Virus record (IMG/VR): IMGVR_UViG_3300027708_000104
Span: 1 to 49,745 of that record
Strand: one strand, 5' to 3'
DNA length: 49,745 bases
DNA from: a virus
Taxonomy: Duplodnaviria > Caudoviricetes
Made by a program: the position numbers and the translations under genes
Shown here: in pieces, positions 26,529 to 36,524 of the stretch
How the letters are laid out: each line of letters begins with the position of its first letter
Numbering within the stretch: the first letter of the stretch is position 1
Notes under the pieces: model-generated
What the model was told of the DNA's origin: nothing
What the model saw: only the letters and a program-made list of their open reading frames with translations
Database searches by the model: none

Positions 26529-28412
26529 GTGGCAGATAATAGACCCGTCCCTATGCCGCCTGAAATAAGAGCGGAGCTTGCTAGGCTTCGTGCTCTGATG
26601 GTTCCAGATGCGGAAGCCTACAGACGGCGCGAGATAGGATCTAAGCGCATGGAGGAGGAGGCAAAGAAGATACAGCCCCTGCGTCCACTGAGCGCGGCAG
26701 ATACCGATCTGGAGTACCTATCCGCGGCCAGTGGCGGTCAGGTAGACATGGACAGGATGCGCCTTGAGCTGATGAACGGCGGCGGCAAGGCTAAGTTCCT
26801 GAAGGACAGCAAGGTGAAGGAGCGTTTGTATCATGGAACAATAGCAGACATTGACAAATTTAAAATGCCCAAAAACTCCGTTGGCATATGGGCAAGCCGA
26901 AGTCCTGATGTGGCAAACGAATATGCAACGATTGCCGCTCGTGGTTCAGGCAACCCTTCCATTTATCCATTGCATGCACATTTAAAAAACCCAGCGTCTG
27001 AAAAAGAATTTGGTGACGCATGGGAAGAAGCCGCAAAAGACAGTTCTCGACTTGGATGGAATACGCATGACCAGCGTCATCGAGAAATTCTTCAAAGTAA
27101 AGGTTTTGATGGCGCTATTCTTGGAGATTCTGTGGTTGTCTTTAATCCAAAGCAATTAAAGTCAGCCATTGGTAACCGCGAAACCTATAACACCAAAGAC
27201 CCAGACATCACCAAAGCCAACGGTGGCTCCATCAACAAAGCCAAGTTTCTGAAGGACAGCAAGGTCAAAGACGTTCTGTATCACGGCACAAGCAATGACA
27301 TCACTCAATTTGACACCAATAGAGGTAAAGGTCTTATGCTTGGTGCTGGAGCATATTTCACGCCAAATGTAAAAAAAGCTGAAAGCTATGCAGGGGACAC
27401 TAAGGGTCACAATGCCACCATAATGCCTGTGCATGTTTCACTTAAAAATCCAGTAGAAACAAGTATATTTGATCAAAAATATATGGGTTCTATATCCGAC
27501 AAAGAAAATGCCAAACTTCGCGCCAAAGGGCATGATGGCATCATTCTTAGAAATTCTGATGGAAACATAGCTGAGGTTGTGGTCTTTCACCCTCATCAGA
27601 TTAAGTCAGCTACTGGCAACCGTGGCACATACGACACAAATAACCCAGACATTACTAAGAAGAATGGTGGACTAGCCCACATGAACAAGGGCGGTAGCAC
27701 AAACGAGAAATACCCATCCATCCAAGAAATGATCCAGCGATTAAAAGAGGAAGGAAGAACGCCGATTGTTCCCGTGCCTAATCGCTGGTTTGCCGATCCA
27801 GTAAAGCACCCGCATCAACAGAAGATGATCGAGCGCATTCTTGCAAAGACTGGACATGGGCGTGAAGGCTTTCCTTCTGGTGCCTATATCAATCCGCAGA
27901 CTGGCGAGCCGATGGACTTTGACATCATGAACGACTTAGGTGTTGTTATTGATCCCAACACAGGTAGACCCATGATGTCTGGCATCAAGTCTGACCTGAG
28001 ACAGATTGATCCAAAGTACGGCTCAATCACCAAGAGCAACTTGGTGCGCAAGGGCTTGTTCAAGCATGAAGGCGGCGATGAGTTGCTCAAGAACTTGGCA
28101 TTCCTTGCAACCATTGAGAAAAGCGGCAAGGGACATCACTACGGACTGTCAACGCAATATGCATCACCTGCTGAGCTTGTAAACACAATGACTGGTCAGA
28201 ATCCAACACTTAGGCCACACAGCCGCGGGGACATATTTGGTGTTGGTGATGAGGTTGGCCGCATATCCATCCAAGGCAAACACCATCCCGTGTACGAGAA
28301 GTTGTTGGTTGCACCTGCTGGCTCTGATGTGCAGGGCAAGAAGCTACACAAAGCCAAGGGTGGCAAAGTCACCCACGCCCATCACCTTGAAATAGAAGAG
28401 CGTCCACTATGA
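26529..28412 (+). CDS. Polyvalent protein with two tandem ADP-ribosyltransferase (ART-PolyVal-like) domains and an unknown C-terminal module
   Basis: Two copies of LYHGT...YA...P(L/V)H..LKNP...G(F/H)DG.I...VVF.P.Q(L/I)KSA.GNR.TY. Confidence 0.75.
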   Translation: MADNRPVPMPPEIRAELARLRALMVPDAEAYRRREIGSKRMEEEAKKIQPLRPLSAADTDLEYLSAASGGQVDMDRMRLELMNGGGKAKFLKDSKVKERLYHGTIADIDKFKMPKNSVGIWASRSPDVANEYATIAARGSGNPSIYPLHAHLKNPASEKEFGDAWEEAAKDSSRLGWNTHDQRHREILQSKGFDGAILGDSVVVFNPKQLKSAIGNRETYNTKDPDITKANGGSINKAKFLKDSKVKDVLYHGTSNDITQFDTNRGKGLMLGAGAYFTPNVKKAESYAGDTKGHNATIMPVHVSLKNPVETSIFDQKYMGSISDKENAKLRAKGHDGIILRNSDGNIAEVVVFHPHQIKSATGNRGTYDTNNPDITKKNGGLAHMNKGGSTNEKYPSIQEMIQRLKEEGRTPIVPVPNRWFADPVKHPHQQKMIERILAKTGHGREGFPSGAYINPQTGEPMDFDIMNDLGVVIDPNTGRPMMSGIKSDLRQIDPKYGSITKSNLVRKGLFKHEGGDELLKNLAFLATIEKSGKGHHYGLSTQYASPAELVNTMTGQNPTLRPHSRGDIFGVGDEVGRISIQGKHHPVYEKLLVAPAGSDVQGKKLHKAKGGKVTHAHHLEIEERPL

Positions 28413-31400
28413 AACACTTAGTCGGAAAAGGTAAGCCATTCCATTCTGCTGTGGATAAGACTGCGGCGCTGTTAAAGCGCAAGGTAGGCACTGGCGCTGA
28501 GTTCATGAAAGAACTACAGGGCTTGGGTGGAATCAAGCAAGCAGAGATTGACGAGCGTGGCTTGAGTGAGCTGATGGGCGCTCCCAAGATGACGCATGAG
28601 CAGTTTATGAAAGCGCTATCGGCTAAGCCTGCGCCAGCGATACGTGAGAAGGTGTTAGGTGAAAAACCAGAGCCGCCAAGCAAAGAAGTGCTTCGCAGAA
28701 ATGCAAACGATTTGATTAGAGTGCGCGCCAGAGAATACGCTAGTGAAGGATCTGATACATCGGCAGAGTACCGAGCCTTAGCGGCAGAAGAAATGCAAAG
28801 GTTGCGCTCTAATCACATGGATCAGGCTTTGCGCCTTGCAGAAGAACATGCAACCAAAAACCCAAGTTCAACGTATCACGAAGCTTACACGTTGCCCAGT
28901 GGTGAGAACTACCGTGAGATGCTGATCAAAGCACCCAAAGTTGAAACACAGTTTGGCGATGAGAACCCATACTTCAATGGCGTATATAGCCATTTTGGTG
29001 GAGAGCCTGCCATCCTAGCCAGCATGCGCTTGAAGGATCGCACTGGCCCCAACGGTGAGAAGCTATTGCACCTAGAAGAGTTGCAGTCAGACTGGCATCA
29101 GCAAGGGCGTGAGAAGGGATACAAAGTACGCGACCCACTTGCAGAAGAATATAAAAAATTAGAACAAAAAATGTTTAGCGGTCAAATGAGTTATACGCCA
29201 GCAGAAGAAAAAAGATTTTATGACTTGCAAGAACAAGGATATGACGACAAGCCTGTAACTGGAGTTCCTGACGCCCCATTCAAAAAGAACTGGGAAGAGA
29301 TGGCGTTGAAGCGCCTGATCCACCACGCCGCGGAGAAGGGCTATCACGGCATTGTGGTGACGCCAGGCGCTGAGCAGGCAAACCGTTACAACTTGGCCAA
29401 CCATATCGACAGCCTTCACTTCTCCAGAAATAGTGATGGAACAGTTGACATTAACGCAGTCAAAGATAGAAATACTGTGGTTGACAAAACTATGCAAACG
29501 CCAGAACAAATTGAAAGCATGGTTGGCAAAGATCTTGCACAGAAGATATTTAATACAAAGACCAGTTTTGGATCATTAGAAGGACTTGACCTCCAAGTCG
29601 GCGGCGAAGGCATGAAGGGCTTCTACGACAAGAAGGTGCCCAACATTCTGAACGCTATCGGCAAGAAGTATGGCGTGAAGGCGCAGTTGGGTGGTCACAA
29701 AATTCAAACTGGAACAGAATATGTGCGCAATGCCCAAGGCGATATCACGCACATGGAAGTTCCAAAGTACGCTCAACTGCATCACTTCCCCATCACAGAA
29801 CAGATGCGTAAAGATGTGTTAACTAATGGATTACCTTTATATCAAAAGGGTGGCATCATCCACAAAGCCCAAGGAGGCGCGGTGAAGACATTTGACTATG
29901 AAAACCCACAACACACAATGAGTGTTGCTGTACATTTATCTCGGCACCCAGAGTTTAAAAAGGCATCATCGCCTGCTGTAGACATCAAAAACATTCTGCA
30001 TGAGATGCTATCCAAGGGTGACTATAGATTTTTGGAAGACCCAAGGACACAAGAAGCGCTACATAAAGCGGGGCATGACAGCTACTTTGTGCAGGAGAAG
30101 ACTGGCAAGGTTAGCTATCCGATCAAGCATGTGGTTAAAAAAGCATTTGGCGGATCCATCAATGAGATGAAAGCGGAGATGATGGGGCGCAAGCCAGTAA
30201 GTTTGAATGACTTGAGCCAGATTGGTGCTAATGAAGCCCCAGACATGAATGTCAAGGCATATGTTCCCCCAACAAATGAAGAGAAGTTGCCTGTTGGTGG
30301 TGTATCCACGCATGAAGGCGCTCTCCCAATTGGTGGTGTGGATATGAACACGCAACAGCAAGGACAGCAGTTGGTGCCACAAAGCTTAGCGCCACAACAA
30401 CCTCCACAGGGTCAGCAAGGTGGTTTGCCCCCACAAGGACAGCAAGGAGCAAGTGCAGGAGCATCTAGCCCTGCACAGCAGAGCAACATCTTGCAGATGA
30501 CTCCACAAGGTCAAGCATTGAGCGCATTGAAACCTGTGCAACAGCAACAACAGCCTATGCCACAGATGGCTGATGGTGGACTTGCACATTTAAAAGATGG
30601 CGATCAACCGCCTAAAAAGAAACCTACAGTAGCTGAACAAAAGCAAGCAATTTTTGCTAAAGCACAAGAAGGTTTGATGAAACCATCGGAAGCATTGGGC
30701 AAGCATGAGGGCAAGTACATGCACATTACTGAGGCGGATCGCGCTAAAGTTGAAAAACGCAAGCATGGAATGCGTGGTGGTGTTGGTTTTTCTCAAATTG
30801 GATTGGAAGATCCTAATTATGCTGGCAGAGTTTGGGGAGTTGGTAAATCAAGCACAGCAATTAAATTGCTAAACCGCCAAAAGCGCGGGCTATCCCCAGA
30901 AGATAAATCTGTGTTTACAACATTCATAGGCACACCAGAGATGCATACATCTAACCAGCTGGTGTTTAACAGAATGTGGAATAAGTTTCAGGAAGCGCGT
31001 AAAGCTGGTTTACTTAGTCCAGAGCAAGAAGCCGAAATGCTAGACATCATGCGCTCGGCAATGACAAAAGAAACAAAGAAAAATCCTAGCAAACCTGTGT
31101 TTGATCCGAATGTAAATTTTGACAACACACATCATATGTTTGATACATTTGAAAGAAGGCGCATTTTGTCTGACTTGATGTCTGGCAAAAAAATAGGTGG
31201 AAAAAAAGCGCAAATATTTGATGCTACAAAAATGATTGAGGACACAACCGATCCAAGATTACTTCACGCGCCAAGTCTTTCGGTTGGACCGCATGTATTT
31301 TCTTTCAGCGGGAAAACATCATATGAGCCTGAGTTGAATAAAGCTTTCCCGTTTATGCTTCATGGCGAAACAAGCCCAGAGGCTTTTCAACAATTACCAT

Positions 31401-31612
31401 TCACAGAAGCGGCGCCAGAGTTTACTGAAGAAATTAGAAAAACTAAGGGCAGAGAGCCTGGCTACATGGACATCGTTCGAAAAATACCGCGTCAGTTTAT
31501 ATCTGAAGAATATCTAACTGGCTTGCAGAAAAAAGGTAAAAAGAAGGGTGGCAAAGTAAGCATGGATGTCATGACACTAGAGCTAACCCGTAAATCAAAG
31601 AAGGCTAAATAA
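28409..31612 (+). CDS. Large polyvalent / internal virion protein with several modules
   Basis: GENYREML, LEELQSDWHQQGR and GEGMKGFYD motifs of large polyvalent phage proteins. Modules are separated by xGG motifs. Confidence 0.65.
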   Translation: MKHLVGKGKPFHSAVDKTAALLKRKVGTGAEFMKELQGLGGIKQAEIDERGLSELMGAPKMTHEQFMKALSAKPAPAIREKVLGEKPEPPSKEVLRRNANDLIRVRAREYASEGSDTSAEYRALAAEEMQRLRSNHMDQALRLAEEHATKNPSSTYHEAYTLPSGENYREMLIKAPKVETQFGDENPYFNGVYSHFGGEPAILASMRLKDRTGPNGEKLLHLEELQSDWHQQGREKGYKVRDPLAEEYKKLEQKMFSGQMSYTPAEEKRFYDLQEQGYDDKPVTGVPDAPFKKNWEEMALKRLIHHAAEKGYHGIVVTPGAEQANRYNLANHIDSLHFSRNSDGTVDINAVKDRNTVVDKTMQTPEQIESMVGKDLAQKIFNTKTSFGSLEGLDLQVGGEGMKGFYDKKVPNILNAIGKKYGVKAQLGGHKIQTGTEYVRNAQGDITHMEVPKYAQLHHFPITEQMRKDVLTNGLPLYQKGGIIHKAQGGAVKTFDYENPQHTMSVAVHLSRHPEFKKASSPAVDIKNILHEMLSKGDYRFLEDPRTQEALHKAGHDSYFVQEKTGKVSYPIKHVVKKAFGGSINEMKAEMMGRKPVSLNDLSQIGANEAPDMNVKAYVPPTNEEKLPVGGVSTHEGALPIGGVDMNTQQQGQQLVPQSLAPQQPPQGQQGGLPPQGQQGASAGASSPAQQSNILQMTPQGQALSALKPVQQQQQPMPQMADGGLAHLKDGDQPPKKKPTVAEQKQAIFAKAQEGLMKPSEALGKHEGKYMHITEADRAKVEKRKHGMRGGVGFSQIGLEDPNYAGRVWGVGKSSTAIKLLNRQKRGLSPEDKSVFTTFIGTPEMHTSNQLVFNRMWNKFQEARKAGLLSPEQEAEMLDIMRSAMTKETKKNPSKPVFDPNVNFDNTHHMFDTFERRRILSDLMSGKKIGGKKAQIFDATKMIEDTTDPRLLHAPSLSVGPHVFSFSGKTSYEPELNKAFPFMLHGETSPEAFQQLPFTEAAPEFTEEIRKTKGREPGYMDIVRKIPRQFISEEYLTGLQKKGKKKGGKVSMDVMTLELTRKSKKAK

Positions 31613-34116
31613 TGGATGAAGATCAAGAAAACATGTTGCCTGAAGAGCAAGAAGACGGTAGTGCTATCGTCGATATAGACAACATAGATACTGAAGAACA
31701 GCCTGATGGCAGTGCGATTGTGACCATTGAGGAAGATGGCCCTGAGTACAACCCAGACTTTTATGCAAACATTGCGGAGTCACACGACCGCTTTGATTTA
31801 TCAACATTGGCGATGCGCTATATCGACCTTCTCAAGAAGGACAAGAGCGCTCGTGAACAGAGGGATAAGCAGTATGAAGAGGGTATTAAGCGCACTGGTA
31901 TGGGTAATGACGCGCCTGGAGGCGCCACTTTTATGGGCGCTTCTAAGGTTGTACATCCAGCAATGGCAGAGGGATGTGTGGATTTTGCGGCAAGAGCGAT
32001 CAAAGAGATGTTCCCTCCAGATGGCCCAGTCCGAACTAAAGTCTTGGGGAAGATGGATGAGATCAAAGCTGATCGTGCGGAACGAAAGCGTGACTATCTT
32101 AATTGGCAGATTACTGAGCAGATTGAAGAATTCCGCGATGAGCAAGAGCAGTTACTGACTCAGCTACCACTGGGTGGATCGCAATACTTCAAACTATGGT
32201 TTGATGAGGAGAAGAAGCGTCCATGTGTGGAGTTCTTGCCTATTGATCGTGTGATTTTGCCCTTTGCGGCGACAAACTTTTACACCGCACAGCGCGCCGC
32301 GGAGGTGCATGAGATAACGCATTGGGAGTTCAATCGTCGCATACAAAGTGGCATGTACCGCGATATAGATTATGTAAAGGCTACAGCCGAGATTGATCCA
32401 AACAAAGTACAAAAAGCTAATAACAAGATTGAGGGTAAGCAGTACGAAGACAATGAAGACGGTCTGCGCAAGGTTTACCATGTTTATACCTATCTTGAGC
32501 TGGAAGATGACAAGTATTCCAAAGGCAAGATGGCGCCTTACATTCTAATGATTGATGAGCTTGACCAAGAAGTTGTTGGCTTATACAGAAATTGGGAAGA
32601 GCAAGATGAAACGATGACCAAGTTAGATTGGATTGTCGAGTTCAAGTTTATCCCTTGGAGGGGCGCATATGCGATTGGACTGCCTCATCTTATTGGTGGT
32701 TTGTCTGCCGCTCTCACTGGTGCTTTGCGCGCACTTATGGATTCGGCTCACATAAACAATGCCGCAACTATGCTCAAGCTCAAGGGAGCAAAGATAAGCG
32801 GACAGAGTCAGCAGGTAGAGGTAACTCAGATTGTAGAGATTGAGGGCGCGCCAGGCGTGCAAGACATCCGCCAAATCGCTATGCCCATGCCTTTCAATCC
32901 GCCTTCACAGGTTCTTTTCCAGCTTCTAGGATGGCTAGATCAAGCCGCTAAAGGGGTTGTAAGCACAAGTGAAGAGAAGATAGCGGACATCAACTCTCAG
33001 GCTCCTGTAGGTACTACACAAGCTTTAATTGAGCAAGGCGCGGCGGTGTTCTCCGCTATTCATGCTCGACTGCACGAGAGTCAAGCGCGTGTGCTCAAGA
33101 TCTTGTGTCGCTTGAACCGCTGGCACTTTGACGAGATGCGCAAAGCGGACATTGTTACTGACTTAGACATCAACCGCGAAGACTTTGCAAAGAACACGGA
33201 TGTGGTGCCAGTCTCTGATCCGCACATCTTCTCTGAGACTCAGCGTATGGCTCAGATGCAAGCGGTGTTATCACTTGCAGAAAAGCATCCTGATCAGTTC
33301 AACATGAATGCCGTATTGAGCCGTTCTTTGAAGCAGATGAAGGTGCCAAACATCAATGAGCTGATGAAGGATGTACCTGCACCAGAACAACGCACATCTG
33401 CGGATGAGAATGCGGCTATGTTGCTGGGTCAGCCATCTTATGCATACATCCAACAAGATCACATTGCGCATATACAAGATCACCTGCAATTTGCACTGAA
33501 TCCATTCCTTGGACAGTCTCCATTTGCAGATCCGCAATACCTCAACCATTTAATTGAGCATCTGAAACAACACATGACCCTGTGGTATCTGAATAGATCC
33601 AATGGATATGTTGCACATTCCCGCGGTGGAAAACCTGTTGATAACTATGATGATCCTAAGTTGACGGCAACGATAGATCAGTTGTACACGATTACGGGTG
33701 CGCATGTAATCATGGATGTACAGCAAGTATTCCAAGAGTTTGCTCAACCATTCCAACAGTTGATACAGATGGCTCAACAGCGCTCTGCATCGCCTCCACC
33801 CTTACCACCTGATGCACAAGTGGTTAAGGATACCAATATGGCTGAGACACAGCGCAAGACGCAAAAAGACCAAGCTGATATGCAATATGACCAAGCAAAG
33901 TTGCAGTTTGAGTTGCAAAAAGCGCAAATGGAGAATCAGACAAAGATTGATATTGAGAATTCAAAGTTGACGCATCAGACTATCCAACACGCAAATGAGT
34001 TACAGGCATCCGTGCCACCACCACCGCAAGTACCGCCAGAAGTGGCGGGAAGCGCAAACCCACCTGCGCAAGCAGAACCACCTCAACCACAAGGAAATGA
34101 AAATGGCAACATCTGA
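31612..34116 (+). CDS. Portal protein
   Basis: GASKVVHP, YAIGLPHLIGG, PVGTTQALIEQG, FSAIHARLH, QDHIAHI. Size and synteny agree. Confidence 0.88.
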   Translation: MDEDQENMLPEEQEDGSAIVDIDNIDTEEQPDGSAIVTIEEDGPEYNPDFYANIAESHDRFDLSTLAMRYIDLLKKDKSAREQRDKQYEEGIKRTGMGNDAPGGATFMGASKVVHPAMAEGCVDFAARAIKEMFPPDGPVRTKVLGKMDEIKADRAERKRDYLNWQITEQIEEFRDEQEQLLTQLPLGGSQYFKLWFDEEKKRPCVEFLPIDRVILPFAATNFYTAQRAAEVHEITHWEFNRRIQSGMYRDIDYVKATAEIDPNKVQKANNKIEGKQYEDNEDGLRKVYHVYTYLELEDDKYSKGKMAPYILMIDELDQEVVGLYRNWEEQDETMTKLDWIVEFKFIPWRGAYAIGLPHLIGGLSAALTGALRALMDSAHINNAATMLKLKGAKISGQSQQVEVTQIVEIEGAPGVQDIRQIAMPMPFNPPSQVLFQLLGWLDQAAKGVVSTSEEKIADINSQAPVGTTQALIEQGAAVFSAIHARLHESQARVLKILCRLNRWHFDEMRKADIVTDLDINREDFAKNTDVVPVSDPHIFSETQRMAQMQAVLSLAEKHPDQFNMNAVLSRSLKQMKVPNINELMKDVPAPEQRTSADENAAMLLGQPSYAYIQQDHIAHIQDHLQFALNPFLGQSPFADPQYLNHLIEHLKQHMTLWYLNRSNGYVAHSRGGKPVDNYDDPKLTATIDQLYTITGAHVIMDVQQVFQEFAQPFQQLIQMAQQRSASPPPLPPDAQVVKDTNMAETQRKTQKDQADMQYDQAKLQFELQKAQMENQTKIDIENSKLTHQTIQHANELQASVPPPPQVPPEVAGSANPPAQAEPPQPQGNENGNI

Positions 34117-34246
34117 TCAAGAACAAAAAGGCATTAACGTGCCACAACACAAACGTCTAGCTCAAGGCGCACCTATCAATGGCCAGACCATGAAAGATAG
34201 TGGCGCTAAAGCCAAAGGCGGCTTGGCTCACGCTAAGAAAAAATGA
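34103..34246 (+). CDS. Small basic protein with KAKGG motif
   Basis: MATSDQEQKGINVPQHKRLAQG...KAKGGLAHAKKK. Confidence 0.6.
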   Translation: MATSDQEQKGINVPQHKRLAQGAPINGQTMKDSGAKAKGGLAHAKKK

Positions 34247-34422
34247 TAGCTGTATTGATCGGAAGGATCAAACAACGCCAAATAGAGATAGGTGTATCCC
34301 TAGCCACAGGTAATGCGACTACATGGGAGACATATCAAAGGATGGCTGGTGAGCATCAAGGACTGCAATATGTCCTAGATGCCATCAATGGAATGTTAGA
34401 AGACGAAGAAAACAAAGAATAA
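34243..34422 (+). CDS. Small helical protein upstream of GroES (59 aa), not in ORF track
   Basis: MIAVLIGRIKQRQ...LATGNATTWETYQRMAGEHQGL; ATGA overlap. Confidence 0.7.
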   Translation: MIAVLIGRIKQRQIEIGVSLATGNATTWETYQRMAGEHQGLQYVLDAINGMLEDEENKE

Positions 34423-34501
34423 GTCCCCCTAAAGGACTGAGGCCGCGCTGAAAAGCGCTTTAACGATGCACCTGAAACTATGGTGTTTTTTAGGAGTTAG
34501 T

Positions 34502-34957
34502 ATGAGTGAGAAAGAGAAAATCCCTACGATAGAAGGGAAGGCGGGGGTGTCTGATCCAGCTGAGCTGGCTTGGGCATTTCCAGATGTAAACGCAGGTCAG
34601 GCACCTCTTGGTGGACGGGTAATTGTTCAATTACGCCGAATCAAGAAGAAAGCTGGCGTCATTATCATTGTCGATGAGACAAAAGAGAATGAAAAATGGA
34701 ACAACATGATCGGTAAGGTCGTGGCTATTGGTCCTTTAGCGTATAAAAACAGAGACACGATGGAGTCTTGGCCAGAGGGCGCTTGGGCGCAGATTGGCGA
34801 TTTTGTCCGCGTCCCACGCTGGGGCGGTGACCGTTGGGAGCGACATGTTCCCAATGAAGAATCTAACGAAGATCCCGTGTTATTTATGACGATTAATGAT
34901 CATGAAGTGATTGCAAAAATCACAGATGACCCTTTGTCGTTCAAAGCTTACGTGTAA
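34502..34957 (+). CDS. groES: GroES-like co-chaperonin
   Basis: PLGGRVIV, GVIII, GKVVAIGP, GDFV and INDHEVIAKI. AGGAG RBS. Confidence 0.8.
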   Translation: MSEKEKIPTIEGKAGVSDPAELAWAFPDVNAGQAPLGGRVIVQLRRIKKKAGVIIIVDETKENEKWNNMIGKVVAIGPLAYKNRDTMESWPEGAWAQIGDFVRVPRWGGDRWERHVPNEESNEDPVLFMTINDHEVIAKITDDPLSFKAYV

Positions 34958-34969
34958 AAAGGACAAGCA

Positions 34970-35935
34970 ATGGCAACCGATACAAAAGAAGAATTGGAAT
35001 TGAGCGTACAGGAAGAAAAAGACGGCTCTGCGGTCGTTGATTTACCTGAAACTATGCTTAGTGACGATGTAAATGAACAAAATACAGAAAAAATTAGTGA
35101 TGGTGATGTTGATACCGAGGATTTAGACCATCCAGATGATGATCAAGAGCTTCGGGAGGCAAAACGCAACCGTCGCAAGGCTAAAAGACAAGCTGTTCGG
35201 GCTACAAGTCGAGAAAAAGACCTGCGCTTACAGCAGTTACAGCGTGAAAATGAGGAATTTAAGCGTCGTTTATCTAATGTAGAGCGCGAAACTAAGCAAA
35301 GTCAGATTTCCCGCATTGATAAGAACATTGAGGACAACCAAGTTCGCTTGGAATATGCCAAGATGAAGTTAAAAGAGGCGGCTGAGAACAGTGATGGCGA
35401 AGCAATGGTGGAAGCGCAGACTCTTTGGCGCCAAGCTGAAGATCAGTTGGCGCATTTACAAGGAATTAAACAACGCGCATCACATGACTTTGACAACTCC
35501 CCATCTGACGCGCCTGATCCAGTAATTCAGCGCAATGCCGCAGATTGGGTACGTCGCAATCCTTGGTACAACCCAGAAGGAAATGACAGCGACAGCCGAG
35601 TAGCCAAAAAAGTAGATGAGTTGTTAGCGACTGAAGGATGGAATGCATCTGATCCTGATTATTGGGACGAGTTAGATAGTCGCTTGCAAAAATCATTGCC
35701 ACACCGTTATAATGTCAACACAAACGAAAGTTCTGTAGTTAGAAAACCGAGGAACGTAGTTGGTAGTTCAGGACGTGAAGCGTCGGCGGCATATGGCGGT
35801 AATAACCGATCTAGTTTTGTGCTCTCACCTGAAAGGGTAAAAGCAATGAAAGAGGTTGGTGCTTGGGATAACCCAGACCGTAAGAAAAAAATGATCGCCG
35901 AGTTCGTAAAGTACGACCGCATGAATGCCAATTAA
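34970..35935 (+). CDS. Putative capsid scaffolding protein
   Basis: Acidic N-terminus, coiled coil, WVRRNPWY and DYWDELDSRL. Located between portal and capsid. Confidence 0.65.
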   Translation: MATDTKEELELSVQEEKDGSAVVDLPETMLSDDVNEQNTEKISDGDVDTEDLDHPDDDQELREAKRNRRKAKRQAVRATSREKDLRLQQLQRENEEFKRRLSNVERETKQSQISRIDKNIEDNQVRLEYAKMKLKEAAENSDGEAMVEAQTLWRQAEDQLAHLQGIKQRASHDFDNSPSDAPDPVIQRNAADWVRRNPWYNPEGNDSDSRVAKKVDELLATEGWNASDPDYWDELDSRLQKSLPHRYNVNTNESSVVRKPRNVVGSSGREASAAYGGNNRSSFVLSPERVKAMKEVGAWDNPDRKKKMIAEFVKYDRMNAN

Positions 35936-35954
35936 CTAATACATGGAGTTTCAA

Positions 35955-36503
35955 ATGACAGAATCACGTTTAAAAAAATCTCTCAAAGCTGGTGGACGCG
36001 AGGATCGCGCAAGTGAGGACGCTACCCGCTCAGCTCCTGAGACAAAGTTCATTTCTGCGCAAGAACGTAAAAAGATGTGGAGCGAGGAGTGGACGCAATC
36101 AGCATTGCCAAAACTGCCCAGTATTGATGGGTGGCATCCTTGCTGGCTTTCGACAACTAACAGTTACGATTCAATCGATAAGAGGATTCGTCTAGGGTAC
36201 GTTCCAGTGAAAGCTGATGAGTTACCAGGCTATGAGGACTATCGGGTTAAATCGGGTGAACATGTTGGGTATATTTCTTGTAATGAGATGTTGTTATTTA
36301 AGTTGCCAATGGATATTTTCCAAGAGTACATGATGGAAATGCACCATGATCGTCCTCGTGATGAAGCGGACAAAGTTCGTGTTCAGCTTGAAAGTCTCCA
36401 AGGACAGCGCGATAGCAACGGAAAATCACTTGTAAATGTTGAAGGCGAAGGTATTGGCTCTCTTGATCAGCAACCAAGCAAAGTCCCAGTCTTTTCTGGG
36501 TAA
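35955..36503 (+). CDS. Head-module hypothetical protein
   Basis: GGAG RBS; GWHPCW...RLGYVPV. Confidence 0.55.
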   Translation: MTESRLKKSLKAGGREDRASEDATRSAPETKFISAQERKKMWSEEWTQSALPKLPSIDGWHPCWLSTTNSYDSIDKRIRLGYVPVKADELPGYEDYRVKSGEHVGYISCNEMLLFKLPMDIFQEYMMEMHHDRPRDEADKVRVQLESLQGQRDSNGKSLVNVEGEGIGSLDQQPSKVPVFSG

Positions 36504-36524
36504 TCTTTAACTAAGGAGTATTTT

